The translations under genes and the position numbers were made by a program. From Thermoplasmatales archaeon (lineage in GTDB: Archaea; Thermoplasmatota; Thermoplasmata; Thermoplasmatales; Thermoplasmataceae), in the NCBI GenBank assembly GCA_027310185.1, contig DAIDBH010000013.1:20629-84628 (forward strand): DNA of 64,000 bases, given 5' to 3'. Below are positions 20,192 through 30,767 of the stretch, piece after piece. Positions within the stretch are counted from its first letter, which is position 1. Each line of letters begins with the position of its first letter. The notes beneath the pieces were generated by a model. The model saw only the letters and a program-made list of their open reading frames with translations, was not told the origin of the DNA and did no database searches.

Positions 20192-22108
20192 ATGTATAAA
20201 AAACATATTAATAAAATTATAAATAAGAAAGTAATTTTAGCAATAGCAGTCTCCCTAATATTAATGGTATCATCGAGTCTGTATGTTATTGATCAGTCCA
20301 GCAGTTTCACAGGCCCAGGTGTTACTGGTACACCATATGTATCATCTGGCCTTTACAATGTTTCCTTCACTGAGACTGGTCTAGCCAGTGGAATACAGTG
20401 GAACGTATCACTCAGTGGGTCCGCTGAAGTTTCCACAACAGGCATGATCAGCTTCCATGTGGCAAATGGAACGCATTCATTCACTGTTGGAAATATTTCA
20501 GGATACTCAGCATCACCCATTACTGGTAGTGTTGACGTGAGTGGCTCAGCTGTGGCTGAAGCGATAGCCTTTGTTGCCATGAAGCCAGTCTCCATAGCAC
20601 CAGTTGAACTTGGAACTGCAGCCCAGTATACCATACTTGCGAAGACAGGCATATCAACAACCGGAACCACATCCATAACCGGAAATATTGGTGTCAGTCC
20701 TGCAGGAAGCACATACATTACGGGATTCTCCCAGACACTGAGCTCCACAGGACAGTATGCAACATCATCAATGGTAACAGGAAAAATATATGCAGCAACA
20801 TATGCATCCCCAACACCATCTGATCTCACAACAGCAATAGGTGACATGCAAACAGCATACACAAATGCAGCTGGAAGAGTTAATCCTGGATACGTAAATC
20901 TTGGTGCCGGAAATATAAATGGCATGACTCTTGTACCCGGGTTGTATAAATGGGGAACTGGAGTATCCATATCCACAAGCATAACCCTGACTGGTAATGC
21001 AAGTTCAGTCTGGGTCTTCCAGATATCTGGAGGACTGACATTCGGTAACGGTGCTCAAATAATACTGAAGGATGGAGCAGAGCCAAAGAACATATTCTGG
21101 CAGGTTGCAAGCGGTGTGTCAATAGGTACAGGCGCTTCTTTCTATGGCATAGTTATGTCACAAACTGATATAACAATTGCAACAGATTCAAGCATGACTG
21201 GACTTGCACTCGCGCAAACAGCAGTGACCCTTGAATCCGATAACGTAGTAAACCCAACATTAGCACAGAATGTGACCGTAAAGACTTATACTATTTCATT
21301 TACAGAAGTAGGTCTTCCATCTGGAACTGCATGGAATGTAACATTAAGTGGGCGATTACTTAAATCCACTACATCAACAATCATGTTCACAGAACCAAAT
21401 GGAACATATTCGTATACTGTAGCTTCAAGCACAACAGAACTTATTCATCCATCTACCGGAACAGCATCAGTCAACGGAGAAAATGCATATCAGGCAGTCA
21501 TGTTCACATCAGCAACAGAGAAAACTTACAGTGTAAATTTCGTTGAAACAGGACTTCCATCGGGAATGCAGTGGGGGGTTTCCTTGAACGGAGCTGCTAC
21601 CACAACAGTCAGTCCTGATGTTAATTTCGCTGTGCCAAATGGAACTTACTCTTACATGATAGAGGCACCGACAAACTACGGAGCATCACCACACAGTGGA
21701 TCCAGCAAAGTAAATGGAAATGATGTAAATGTATCAGTTACATTCACACTGGTGAAATACAGTGTGACATTTACTGAGACCGGTCTGCCATCTGGAATAA
21801 TATGGTATGTGAATTCAACTCTAATGGCATCATCCGGACCACAATCTGAATCCAGCTATACTATTGGCCTTTCAAACACAACCTATTCATACTTTGCCAG
21901 CTCAAATGATAAGTCATATCATGATATAAATGGTACATTCACAGTCAGTGGTCATTCAATATCTGTATCACTAAAGTTTGCAAATGACAATGTAAAGTCT
22001 GCAAGCACTTCTAACTCATATTTATACATCATTGCAGGTGTAATAGTTGTAATAGCAGCAATAGGGGCAGGAGCAGCTTTAATTATGAGGAAGAGAACTT
22101 CCAAGTAA
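20192..22108 (+). CDS. Membrane-anchored surface protein with DUF3494 (ice-binding-like) domain and four Ig-like repeats
   Basis: VELGTAAQYTILAKTGIS, ITGNIGVSP, LTTAIGDMQTAYTNAAGR, TLVPGLYKW, VWVFQI, NIFWQV, LAQTAVTL; repeats Y.V.F.E.GLPSG..W; N-terminal signal, C-terminal TM + RKR. Confidence 0.9.
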   Translation: MYKKHINKIINKKVILAIAVSLILMVSSSLYVIDQSSSFTGPGVTGTPYVSSGLYNVSFTETGLASGIQWNVSLSGSAEVSTTGMISFHVANGTHSFTVGNISGYSASPITGSVDVSGSAVAEAIAFVAMKPVSIAPVELGTAAQYTILAKTGISTTGTTSITGNIGVSPAGSTYITGFSQTLSSTGQYATSSMVTGKIYAATYASPTPSDLTTAIGDMQTAYTNAAGRVNPGYVNLGAGNINGMTLVPGLYKWGTGVSISTSITLTGNASSVWVFQISGGLTFGNGAQIILKDGAEPKNIFWQVASGVSIGTGASFYGIVMSQTDITIATDSSMTGLALAQTAVTLESDNVVNPTLAQNVTVKTYTISFTEVGLPSGTAWNVTLSGRLLKSTTSTIMFTEPNGTYSYTVASSTTELIHPSTGTASVNGENAYQAVMFTSATEKTYSVNFVETGLPSGMQWGVSLNGAATTTVSPDVNFAVPNGTYSYMIEAPTNYGASPHSGSSKVNGNDVNVSVTFTLVKYSVTFTETGLPSGIIWYVNSTLMASSGPQSESSYTIGLSNTTYSYFASSNDKSYHDINGTFTVSGHSISVSLKFANDNVKSASTSNSYLYIIAGVIVVIAAIGAGAALIMRKRTSK

Positions 22109-22798
22109 TTTAGCAGGCTGGTCCACTAATTCAATAATAAATCTATTTTTAAATCATTTTCTTAATAAAGAGTGAGAATGAATTTCTGTAATTGTTTTTT
22201 ATTAATATTTTTAATTCAAATTTTATAATTTAACTTCACAATTTTTTATATGAATGCCTATGCCAGAGAGCTTGATTATGTTTTATAAGGAAACGCTATT
22301 GTTCCAATGATTTAAACGGTTATGATAGTTCATCGTTTTAAGTTCAATCTCACCAGTTATTATATGAAGGTAAATGGAAACAGACTAGACTAAATTAATT
22401 GTCAGATCTATAAAAACTGTTAACTGAGAAGTCAGTGTGAACAAGATGAAAATAAGTACAGGTAATAAGTTCAATTTAGAAAGAACCTGGGCATTACAAA
22501 AGTTACCAGGGCTATTGATATTCCACTAAATGGAACATCTTTACTTCTTTCCTCTTATACTTATTTATTTTAGAGTAGACCACTCTCATGTTGGCTGTTA
22601 ATCTCTGTATTGTGGTCTAATCAAAAGATGGCCAGTTACACCTTTCAGAATGATAGGAGTTGGTTGATAACAGGAAATCGAACTTTCTTGAGCCCAAAGC
22701 TATCAAGGGTTCTGCTTGAACAGGTTTTAATTCATCTATAATCAAAAGAATTGGATTGATAATTTTTAAAAATAGTTTAAGAAATTTTCAACGGAACA

Positions 22799-24433
22799 TC
22801 AATCAAGCAGGGCATCCGTTGACATCAGTGGTTGTTTTGGCGCAGAGAACAGTCCAATTCCCCAGAATATGATTGCGTAGATGAACAGTACTAGATAATC
22901 ATAAGGATATGGAATGAAATTTATTCCTCCAGTAGGTGTGCCTCCCAGATATGATAGTACAATCATTCCAGCGATATATATGGGAATCCAGATTGAATTT
23001 GAAAGATTGAGATTCTTAAAGTTCTTCCTGTAAGCCTGGTATAGAAACACAAGCGACCCAGCAAGTGTTGCCCCCAAAGCGTAAAGTGTTGTTGGATAGG
23101 TTGACCAATAAATCAGGTATGTGGCTATAACGAAAGCGACCAGAGACCAGAGTGTTGCATATGGTATCTTGAAAGGCCTCTCGAGATTTGGATACAATCT
23201 TCTTAAGACTGGCAGACTCAATGACGCTACGGCGAAATTTGCCACTGCAGCAACCACCACAAAATCTACCAGTGCGTACCATGACGGAAGTGGCAACAGG
23301 AAAATAATTGACATGATTACAATTATTATCAGTGAAAATACAGGTGCACCGTGCTTCGTTGTATATTTCAACTTTTCCGGGAGCGCATCTTCCTCAGCAT
23401 ATCCAAACAGTATCCTGCTTGCACCTGTGAGATAAACTCCCAGTGTTCCACCGGGAGAGAATATGGCAAATATGAAGAAGATGATTATCAGAATAGAAAG
23501 CAGACCTGCCACAGATGGACTTACGAATGAAAGATTACTTTTCATTATATCAGCAAGTGGAGAACCTAGATGTGATATTGTTGCCCAATCTCCTGCCTTA
23601 ATTTTAAATCCACTAAAGTTCACAGAACCAATCATGACCACTGCCATGCCAATGTACAGTAAACTCTGTATGGCAAGAACTGCACCTATTATTTTCGGCA
23701 TTGATTTTTTAGGATTTTTCACCTCCCCTGCCATATCGGCAACCTGCCTGTAACCACCAAAGGAGAAAAGAATTCCTGAGGCTGGAATTGCAATGAATAT
23801 TCCTCCAAATGAGGTCGCAAACTCAGGAGTGGTGAAATTAGATGGGTGGAAGATGAAAATTGGCAGTATGACGATAAAAGCAACTACTATTCCTATTTTG
23901 ACCCATGTTAATATATTGTTGAAAGCAGAGAACTTTCCAATTCCTAACAGATTCAAGAAGAAGAATCCAAGCAATAAAAGAACAGAAAGCAATATACCAT
24001 ATCCCGTCAGGACTCCAGTAGTTGAATCATACAGGAACGGAAAGTAGAACGATGCGTAGGTTGAAACTGCCACTGCTTCAATAGCTGGAATTGTGGCAGC
24101 CCATATCAGTAGGGCCCATCCTGATAAGAATCCGCCATATGATCCATATGAATAATAAGCAACCCTTGCACTGATTCCTGACCTTGGAAACATTGCTGCG
24201 TATTCTGCAAACGGGAGTGTAACAAGGACGATGAATATCGCAGTTAGAATCCAGGAAATTATATCTGCCGGTCCTGCGTAAAGAAGACCTCCAGCAGCGG
24301 CAAAGAGAATTCCAGATCCTACTGCACCTCCTACACCGAACATTATGGCCTGACCAGTCGTTATTCCTCTTTTCAATCCAGTTTTTGTGGTTTCATAACC
24401 ATCACCTGATGTGATCCCTATGTCATTTTCCAT
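22799..24433 (-). CDS. APC family amino acid permease
   Basis: GGAVGSGILF, PRSG, AGEVKNPKK, ERPFKIP; many TM segments. Confidence 0.92.
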   Translation of the reverse strand: MENDIGITSGDGYETTKTGLKRGITTGQAIMFGVGGAVGSGILFAAAGGLLYAGPADIISWILTAIFIVLVTLPFAEYAAMFPRSGISARVAYYSYGSYGGFLSGWALLIWAATIPAIEAVAVSTYASFYFPFLYDSTTGVLTGYGILLSVLLLLGFFFLNLLGIGKFSAFNNILTWVKIGIVVAFIVILPIFIFHPSNFTTPEFATSFGGIFIAIPASGILFSFGGYRQVADMAGEVKNPKKSMPKIIGAVLAIQSLLYIGMAVVMIGSVNFSGFKIKAGDWATISHLGSPLADIMKSNLSFVSPSVAGLLSILIIIFFIFAIFSPGGTLGVYLTGASRILFGYAEEDALPEKLKYTTKHGAPVFSLIIIVIMSIIFLLPLPSWYALVDFVVVAAVANFAVASLSLPVLRRLYPNLERPFKIPYATLWSLVAFVIATYLIYWSTYPTTLYALGATLAGSLVFLYQAYRKNFKNLNLSNSIWIPIYIAGMIVLSYLGGTPTGGINFIPYPYDYLVLFIYAIIFWGIGLFSAPKQPLMSTDALLD

Positions 24434-24604
24434 GATATTCCATAGACATCATATTACTAAAAGATTATTTATAATGTAGTTTTATATATTTCTTAATTTT
24501 AGTGAGGTGAAGTGCGAATTAATATTGACAGACAGAAAGTGAATTTGTGTAAAATAATCGTAATCAATAAATATTCAATACAGATTGAATGGAGGTGAAT
24601 TAAC

Positions 24605-25186
24605 ATGTTATTTTTATCCGAAGAAAGAAACACCTTAGGTGATCGTAAACGTTCAGATTTTCATTTATCATTCAATGAAGATAAGTTTCAGGATATTAAC
24701 ACATTAGATGATCAGGTACTGGAATCTGAAAGAACGGATTACAACAGGATATTCAAACTGGTTAAGAAGAATGTAAAGAAATTTCTGGGAAAGGAAAGAA
24801 CAGGTCTGGGACTGGCACTTTCAAATTTACCGAACACAGTTGGCGCATACTGGCAGTTGGGAGGTAATTATATAGTCATGAATGAAACTATCGTAGGCTA
24901 TATGCGGTCAGCCACGCATACAGTAAAGGAATTCAATTCCTTCCTGTTCACAATTCTTGTCCATGAATACATCCATTCAGTAGGTTATGTGGATGAGATG
25001 GAAGCCAGGAGAATGACTGCACTGGTAACAAGGATGGCCTTTGGAAAAGATCATATTGCTGCAAGAATAGGGGCCTCGGATCTGTGGCAGCTTTATCCCA
25101 GCCTGCTTCTTCTGCCCAGTGGAGATGGAAGCAAAATGAAGATTGTAAATAACTTTGACTCGGATGCCACTTCTTACATTACGTAA
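24605..25186 (+). CDS. Hypothetical zincin-like protein (HExxH)
   Basis: ILVHEYIHSVGYVDE; start codon uncertain. Confidence 0.65.
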   Translation: MLFLSEERNTLGDRKRSDFHLSFNEDKFQDINTLDDQVLESERTDYNRIFKLVKKNVKKFLGKERTGLGLALSNLPNTVGAYWQLGGNYIVMNETIVGYMRSATHTVKEFNSFLFTILVHEYIHSVGYVDEMEARRMTALVTRMAFGKDHIAARIGASDLWQLYPSLLLLPSGDGSKMKIVNNFDSDATSYIT

Positions 25187-25216
25187 TTGCTAATATCAGG
25201 TTAATTATATCATATT

Positions 25217-26311
25217 ATGAGACTTGATAATGCTATTTTTAAGGACAGAATTGAAAGACTACGCAGAATGATGAAAGAATCTTCAATTGATGCATTTCTG
25301 ATTCCTCCTGGTGCAAATTTCACGTATTTCACTGGAATGGAAGTTGAATCCATGGAAAGACTGACACTTCTTGTTGTGGATTTGCAAAATACCACAGTTG
25401 TCTGCCCATCCCTTATGAAGGAACAGGTAATCGAGGAGAGCCCTATCAGAGACATATTACCTTGGAAGGATGACGAAAATCCTTATTCTATAACCCGTGA
25501 ACTGATCATTAAATCTCAAAATATTGCAGTGGAAGGTACGCTCCAGTTCTTTCATTTATATGAGCTCAACAGGACCGTTGAGAAAGAGTTGCTATACAGG
25601 GATGACATACTTACGAAATTGAGGATCATAAAAGATGAGAACGAATTATCAGCTATCAGGGAGGCAGTAAAGAGATCTGAAAAATCTCTTGAAGTTTCCA
25701 TAGAAAAACTTGTTCCTGGAATCACGGAGATACGGTTCTCAAGGATACTTGAGAATGAATTTTTCAATCAGGGCCTTTCTGGAGTTGCATTTTCAACAAT
25801 CGTATCATTTGGAAAAAATGCTGCAATGCCCCATCATTCCCCTGATAATACGAAAGCGAAAGCAGGAGATTCTGTGGTTGTAGATTATGGAGGTAGGTTT
25901 GACGGTTATGCATCAGATAGCACCAGAACTTTCTTCCTTGGAAATCCAGGTGAAAGGATGCTTGATGTGTATGAAACAGTTAAGCATGCTAACGAAGATA
26001 CCAGAAACATGATAGGAAAAGATACAACATATGCAGCAATGGACGTGATCGCACGGAGTATAATCGAGAAGAAAGGTTACGGAAAATATTTCATACACAG
26101 ACTTGGCCATGGACTGGGCCTTCAGGTTCATGAGGAACCTTACCTCATTCCAAAAAATGATTACAGTGTACTCAAAAACTCTGTGTTTACCATAGAGCCT
26201 GGGATTTACATAGAGAACCTGGGAGGAGTAAGAATTGAAGATACAAATTATTTCAATGGAAGCAAGTGCATAGCCTTCAATACAATGCCAAGAGAGTGTG
26301 TAATTCTATGA
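25217..26311 (+). CDS. Xaa-Pro peptidase family protein (M24B), second paralog
   Basis: DYGGRFDGYASDSTRT, HRLGHGLGLQVHEEP, IEPGIY, GVRIED. Confidence 0.93.
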   Translation: MRLDNAIFKDRIERLRRMMKESSIDAFLIPPGANFTYFTGMEVESMERLTLLVVDLQNTTVVCPSLMKEQVIEESPIRDILPWKDDENPYSITRELIIKSQNIAVEGTLQFFHLYELNRTVEKELLYRDDILTKLRIIKDENELSAIREAVKRSEKSLEVSIEKLVPGITEIRFSRILENEFFNQGLSGVAFSTIVSFGKNAAMPHHSPDNTKAKAGDSVVVDYGGRFDGYASDSTRTFFLGNPGERMLDVYETVKHANEDTRNMIGKDTTYAAMDVIARSIIEKKGYGKYFIHRLGHGLGLQVHEEPYLIPKNDYSVLKNSVFTIEPGIYIENLGGVRIEDTNYFNGSKCIAFNTMPRECVIL

Positions 26312-26337
26312 AGATTGACTGAAATCCACCAGCTCCG

Positions 26338-28125
26338 TTAGTTCTGGCACAGGAGTATCCTGAATCCATATCCATCCATCTCATGACGATCTGATAGACT
26401 GTTAACACTGCCTGCGATCACTTCTCCCTCCATGTGTTCAATGTTTACTGAACTTCCGGAAAGATTGAAGGTGCATAACAATTCAGTATTTTTATCTATG
26501 AAATATTTTATGTTTAATGTTTCCATGGACAATGTAGCCTCACTTCTAACACCGTAGCCCAACCGGTATTTCTTTCTAATTTCTATCAATTGCCTGTACA
26601 TTTTCAAAAATTCTCGGTTATCCTTGCCATTGAGGAGTTCCCAGCTTAACCTTGATTCTATAAAGGCTTTTTCTGAGTTAGGTTCCGGTATTTCTACCTG
26701 ATTCCTGAAATACGAGAATTCATCATTTCTACCCTTGCGAACCGTTTCTGCGAATTTTTGATCCTGTGTATCTATGAAGAACCAGAAATGATCTGTAGAT
26801 AGAAACTCCTCACCCATGAATATCATTGGAACATAGGGAGAGAGAATATAGATCGCTCCAAACAGCAGTGACTTTTTGTTTCCATAGTAGCTTCCATTAC
26901 GGTCAGAGTTTCTTCTATTGCCAACCTGATCGTGGTTTTGAGAGAAAACGATCAGCTGCCATGGATCGTAATCACTTATTCCAAGTCCTCTCGTTCTGTT
27001 AAGAAATCCCGAATATTCACCCCGGTAAACAAAACCACTTTCAATCGCTCTCACTATCTGCCATGATTGCCCATAATCAGAATAATATCCCTGGTTTTCT
27101 CCAGTCAGAAATGAATGCATGGTATGATGGAAGTCATCGCACCATTGAGCATCCATTCCAAATCCACAGTGTTCAATATTGCCTATTGTCAGTGGATTGT
27201 TTGCATCACTTTCTGCTATCAATAATGGTTTCCTATTGCTTTTCCTGAAGTACCTTTCAACTTCAATCTTCAGTTCTTTCAAGAAATGAGTTGGTGAATT
27301 ATCATAAATACCATGTACAGCATCAAGCCTGAGACCATCGAAACCATAAAAATCCAGCCAGTATATTGCATTTTGAATATAGAAATTTCTTACATAATCA
27401 GACCACTGGTCGTCAAAGTTCATGGCGTTTCCCCAGGGACTTTTATACCTGTTTGAAAAATAAGGCCCAAACCTGTTCAAAACATTTCCTCTGGGACCAG
27501 TGTGATTATAGACAACGTCAAGAATTATGGAAATGCCTCTCGAGTGAACTTGCTGTATCATATTTGTAAGATCAGATATACTGCCATATGAATTCTGGAC
27601 TGCATAGGGAAACACACCATCATATCCCCAGTTTCTTCTGCCCTCAAACTGTGCAATTGGCATTAATTCAATTACATTGATACCAAGGTCTTCAAGATGA
27701 TCTAGCTTCCCTGTTATTCCATCAAAGTCCCTACTTTCACTGAATGTTCCTGTATGTAATTCATACATGACTGCATTTCTTAGATCTATGTTAACTCCCC
27801 TGTCTTTTGCATTTCCAAGATTTTCATCCACAATCGTGCTTGATCCGAAGACTCCATTTTTAAGAAATTTTGACGCAGGATCTGGCAATCTATCTTTCCT
27901 GTTTAGTATTATGCTGTATTCCTTATCATCTTTTTCGAAGTTTGAAGAACCAGCCCATATTCCGAACTGATTTCTCTCCAGTCCCATAATTCTCCCACCG
28001 TCTATTTCAACCTCAACTTTTTCTGCAAATGGAGCCCAGACATTAACATTGATTTCCTCTCCTTTCTTCCACAGTCCCATATCCTTATAACTCAGTTTTC
28101 TGTACTGCAAAGAATTTCTTTCCAT
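26338..28125 (-). CDS. treZ: Malto-oligosyltrehalose trehalohydrolase (GH13)
   Basis: VWAP, YELHTGTF, NWGYDG, DVVYNH, LRLDAVH, AQWCDDFHH, QNHDQVGNR, FMGEE. Confidence 0.94.
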   Translation of the reverse strand: MERNSLQYRKLSYKDMGLWKKGEEINVNVWAPFAEKVEVEIDGGRIMGLERNQFGIWAGSSNFEKDDKEYSIILNRKDRLPDPASKFLKNGVFGSSTIVDENLGNAKDRGVNIDLRNAVMYELHTGTFSESRDFDGITGKLDHLEDLGINVIELMPIAQFEGRRNWGYDGVFPYAVQNSYGSISDLTNMIQQVHSRGISIILDVVYNHTGPRGNVLNRFGPYFSNRYKSPWGNAMNFDDQWSDYVRNFYIQNAIYWLDFYGFDGLRLDAVHGIYDNSPTHFLKELKIEVERYFRKSNRKPLLIAESDANNPLTIGNIEHCGFGMDAQWCDDFHHTMHSFLTGENQGYYSDYGQSWQIVRAIESGFVYRGEYSGFLNRTRGLGISDYDPWQLIVFSQNHDQVGNRRNSDRNGSYYGNKKSLLFGAIYILSPYVPMIFMGEEFLSTDHFWFFIDTQDQKFAETVRKGRNDEFSYFRNQVEIPEPNSEKAFIESRLSWELLNGKDNREFLKMYRQLIEIRKKYRLGYGVRSEATLSMETLNIKYFIDKNTELLCTFNLSGSSVNIEHMEGEVIAGSVNSLSDRHEMDGYGFRILLCQN

Positions 28126-28126
28126 C

Positions 28127-30700
28127 CTAATTACCAGCCTTCAGAATGAGAAAAGAACTGTTTCTCATTAACTCGTTCATCTTAACCGCATCTTCAATTG
28201 CCACTTTTGATTGATCTACCAGGTTTACATAATTCCCATTCCATTCCCTATTCACGTTCAAAACTGTGTTACCGTAATTCAGCGAGTTTCCTTCCTTTAT
28301 TCGTGAAAAGTATCTCCCTGCTATGATTATCATTCTTTTATCATCTTTCCTTATACCGACTGTAATGGCACATGATTCTTTTTCTCCCATTGTTTTGAGG
28401 AGTAGTATTTCGCCATCATTTATGAGTGACAGGTTGTCTTCCCTGATTTGGCTCAGTTTAGTAAATAGGTAGAGCTTGTATCCACTTTCCATTAGATTTT
28501 CCATATGCATGTAATCCTGTTGAAACTTTAATCCTGATTTAGCTTCCAGTGATCTGAAATCCACAGGGATTCTGTTGTCGGGGTCAGTAAAATGAAAATT
28601 GTAATATTCAGAACCCTGGTAGTTTGAAGTAAATCCTGGAAGCATGAATTTTAGGACAAGCATTGATATTGAATTAAGTGCACCATACATCTTGCACATT
28701 TGGGATAATTTGCTTATACTGGAATTTTTATCATTTTCCGCATGTTCCACTATTTTTTCTGCAAATTCCAGGCATTTCTGTTCATATTCAACATTTATGT
28801 TTCTCCAGCCTGAGCCTATACCAGATTCCCTGACCGCCTTTATAATATGAGTCTGCAGAGATTTCTTATAATCCCCATATAAACCACTGGACTTGACCGA
28901 TGCAACCACCATTTGAACTATATAATAGACATGCTCATTGTGTAATTTCACTGCCATATTCCTGACAGAATAGGAATTTCGTTCCTCATCTATCACCTTC
29001 TGGAATAGATTTGGGAATTCCGCAATTACAATACCTGAGGCACGGAGGTCCTCACCATATTTTGTATCATGAGTTGCTGTCTCATTCATTGAATATATCA
29101 ATTTTTTCCTGTCATTCAGGAACTCTATGAAACTTTCTACCGATACGGGCTTGTTCCATAGACTACCTCCCACCTCATTCAGAAACACAACCGGATTGTA
29201 CGCAAAGAATGCCCTGTCCTCAACGGATTTAGCCATCACAGCCCCAGAATACTCCTGGATCTGGATGAATGAATCACTGCAATTGGGACACTTAACTTTC
29301 AGATGTTCTGATGCAACAACCAGTACAGGGTCTCCAGTCTTCATGGCTATATTTTTGAAATCTGTTGAGATTTCCTCCGTTGAATTGAGGTTTGAATAGC
29401 TCCTGTACTTTTCCATATTCCTTAGGTAGCTTTTGATGGCATGTTCCACGTCTTTTATTGAAAATTCATAGTGTTCCCCCATAACCAGTTGCTCGTAAAC
29501 TTTCCAGGCCAGGTTGAGTATATCTCCTGCAAATTCTTCCTTCATGAACGAGTCCTTTAGATCGTGTACAAGGCTTTCTGCATCTTCATGTTTATTCTCA
29601 AATTTCTCCTGATCGTAGGCATAATCCTTTTGAATTTCATATATACCTTCCTGATCCGTAAAAAGTGATGTCAACTTCCAGAGAAAATCATAGCCAGTTG
29701 TCCCGTCATTCTTCAATCTCCTGCTCAGACTCTCGTTCTCAGACAGGATCTTTTCTATTATTATAAATTCTGGTTGCAGTTCTTCCTTCAGGAAGCGTAG
29801 ATAGGATTCGGGATCATGTATTCCATCCAGATGATCGATTCTCAATCCAGAAATGCCATACTCTTCTATCAATCTCTTGATTGTGCTGTGCCTAGATTCT
29901 ATTACCCTGTCATCTTCTGACCTGAGTGCGATCATGTCGTTAACTGCGAAGAAACGTCTATAATTCAGAATCTTTCCAGAACTCTGCCACCATTCTGGAA
30001 TTATGTTCTGCAAATCAATGAAGCTGACCAGTAAATCTTTGTTACTATTAATTTCCTTTATTATTCCCTCAATCCTCTGCCTCATTGAATTGCTGTTATC
30101 CTCGAGAATGGCGTTAACACTCAGGAAATTTTCACCTGATCTCCTTATAATCCACTCCTTTGAACTATCGGAGCACGGAATCGTATTTCCATCAAAATCG
30201 AGAGACATATCATTCTCCAGTTTGATGCGCACTTTACCTCTTTCCAGAAGATCATTCAATGAAGATGGGAGAAATGGAAAAATGAGTTTACCGTCTTTAA
30301 TGAATGGGGACTGCTTTACGTCAAACAGTCTAAGTATATCTGGATTTCCAGTTTTTATAAAATCAAGAATATATGTGTTTTCAAGAGAATATGCCATATG
30401 ATTCGGCACTATGTCTATCAGTGTTTTCATATGGTTCTCCCTGGCCTGATCAACCATCTTTCTCAGTCCTTCCTCGCCTCCCAGTTCATCGTTGACAAAT
30501 CTGAAATCAACAATATCATAGCAGTGTGTGCTACCTGCTCTTGACTTGAGAATTGGGGAAAGATATATATGAGTCACTCCTAATTTTTTTAAATATGGTA
30601 TGATAGTGATAACGTCATAAAATGTAAATTGGCTGTTGAGTTGTAACCTGTATGCTAATTTAGGATACTTTTCATTCATGTATTTTGAACGCAGGATCAA
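28127..30700 (-). CDS. treY: Malto-oligosyltrehalose synthase (GH13)
   Basis: YRLQL, GSTHCYD, DIVPNHM, NYRRFF, GLRIDHLDG, EKIL, GTTGYDF, AKSVED, LNEVGG, THDTK.GED.R, DPDNR. Confidence 0.95.
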   Translation of the reverse strand: MILRSKYMNEKYPKLAYRLQLNSQFTFYDVITIIPYLKKLGVTHIYLSPILKSRAGSTHCYDIVDFRFVNDELGGEEGLRKMVDQARENHMKTLIDIVPNHMAYSLENTYILDFIKTGNPDILRLFDVKQSPFIKDGKLIFPFLPSSLNDLLERGKVRIKLENDMSLDFDGNTIPCSDSSKEWIIRRSGENFLSVNAILEDNSNSMRQRIEGIIKEINSNKDLLVSFIDLQNIIPEWWQSSGKILNYRRFFAVNDMIALRSEDDRVIESRHSTIKRLIEEYGISGLRIDHLDGIHDPESYLRFLKEELQPEFIIIEKILSENESLSRRLKNDGTTGYDFLWKLTSLFTDQEGIYEIQKDYAYDQEKFENKHEDAESLVHDLKDSFMKEEFAGDILNLAWKVYEQLVMGEHYEFSIKDVEHAIKSYLRNMEKYRSYSNLNSTEEISTDFKNIAMKTGDPVLVVASEHLKVKCPNCSDSFIQIQEYSGAVMAKSVEDRAFFAYNPVVFLNEVGGSLWNKPVSVESFIEFLNDRKKLIYSMNETATHDTKYGEDLRASGIVIAEFPNLFQKVIDEERNSYSVRNMAVKLHNEHVYYIVQMVVASVKSSGLYGDYKKSLQTHIIKAVRESGIGSGWRNINVEYEQKCLEFAEKIVEHAENDKNSSISKLSQMCKMYGALNSISMLVLKFMLPGFTSNYQGSEYYNFHFTDPDNRIPVDFRSLEAKSGLKFQQDYMHMENLMESGYKLYLFTKLSQIREDNLSLINDGEILLLKTMGEKESCAITVGIRKDDKRMIIIAGRYFSRIKEGNSLNYGNTVLNVNREWNGNYVNLVDQSKVAIEDAVKMNELMRNSSFLILKAGN

Positions 30701-30767
30701 ATAAAACAGTTTGTCACAACTTACTTATATAATGAAAAAGCCCGCATATAAAATAGGATTTTTAGAT

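Noticed and set aside
20353-20982. 209-aa antisense ORF
   Set aside because: Shadow of the Thr/Gly/Ala-rich DUF3494 gene; same applies to other antisense ORFs in the track (e.g. 49936..50454, 31188..31655, 47235..47666)
21280-21810. Recurring GG(T/A)CT(T/G)CCATC DNA motif as a possible repeat array/CRISPR
   Set aside because: Encodes the GLPSG protein repeat inside a CDS; no CRISPR-like periodicity or cas genes in the window
22109-22798. Long intergenic region as possible ncRNA or pseudogene
   Set aside because: Only short unconvincing frames and weak hairpins; no recognisable motif
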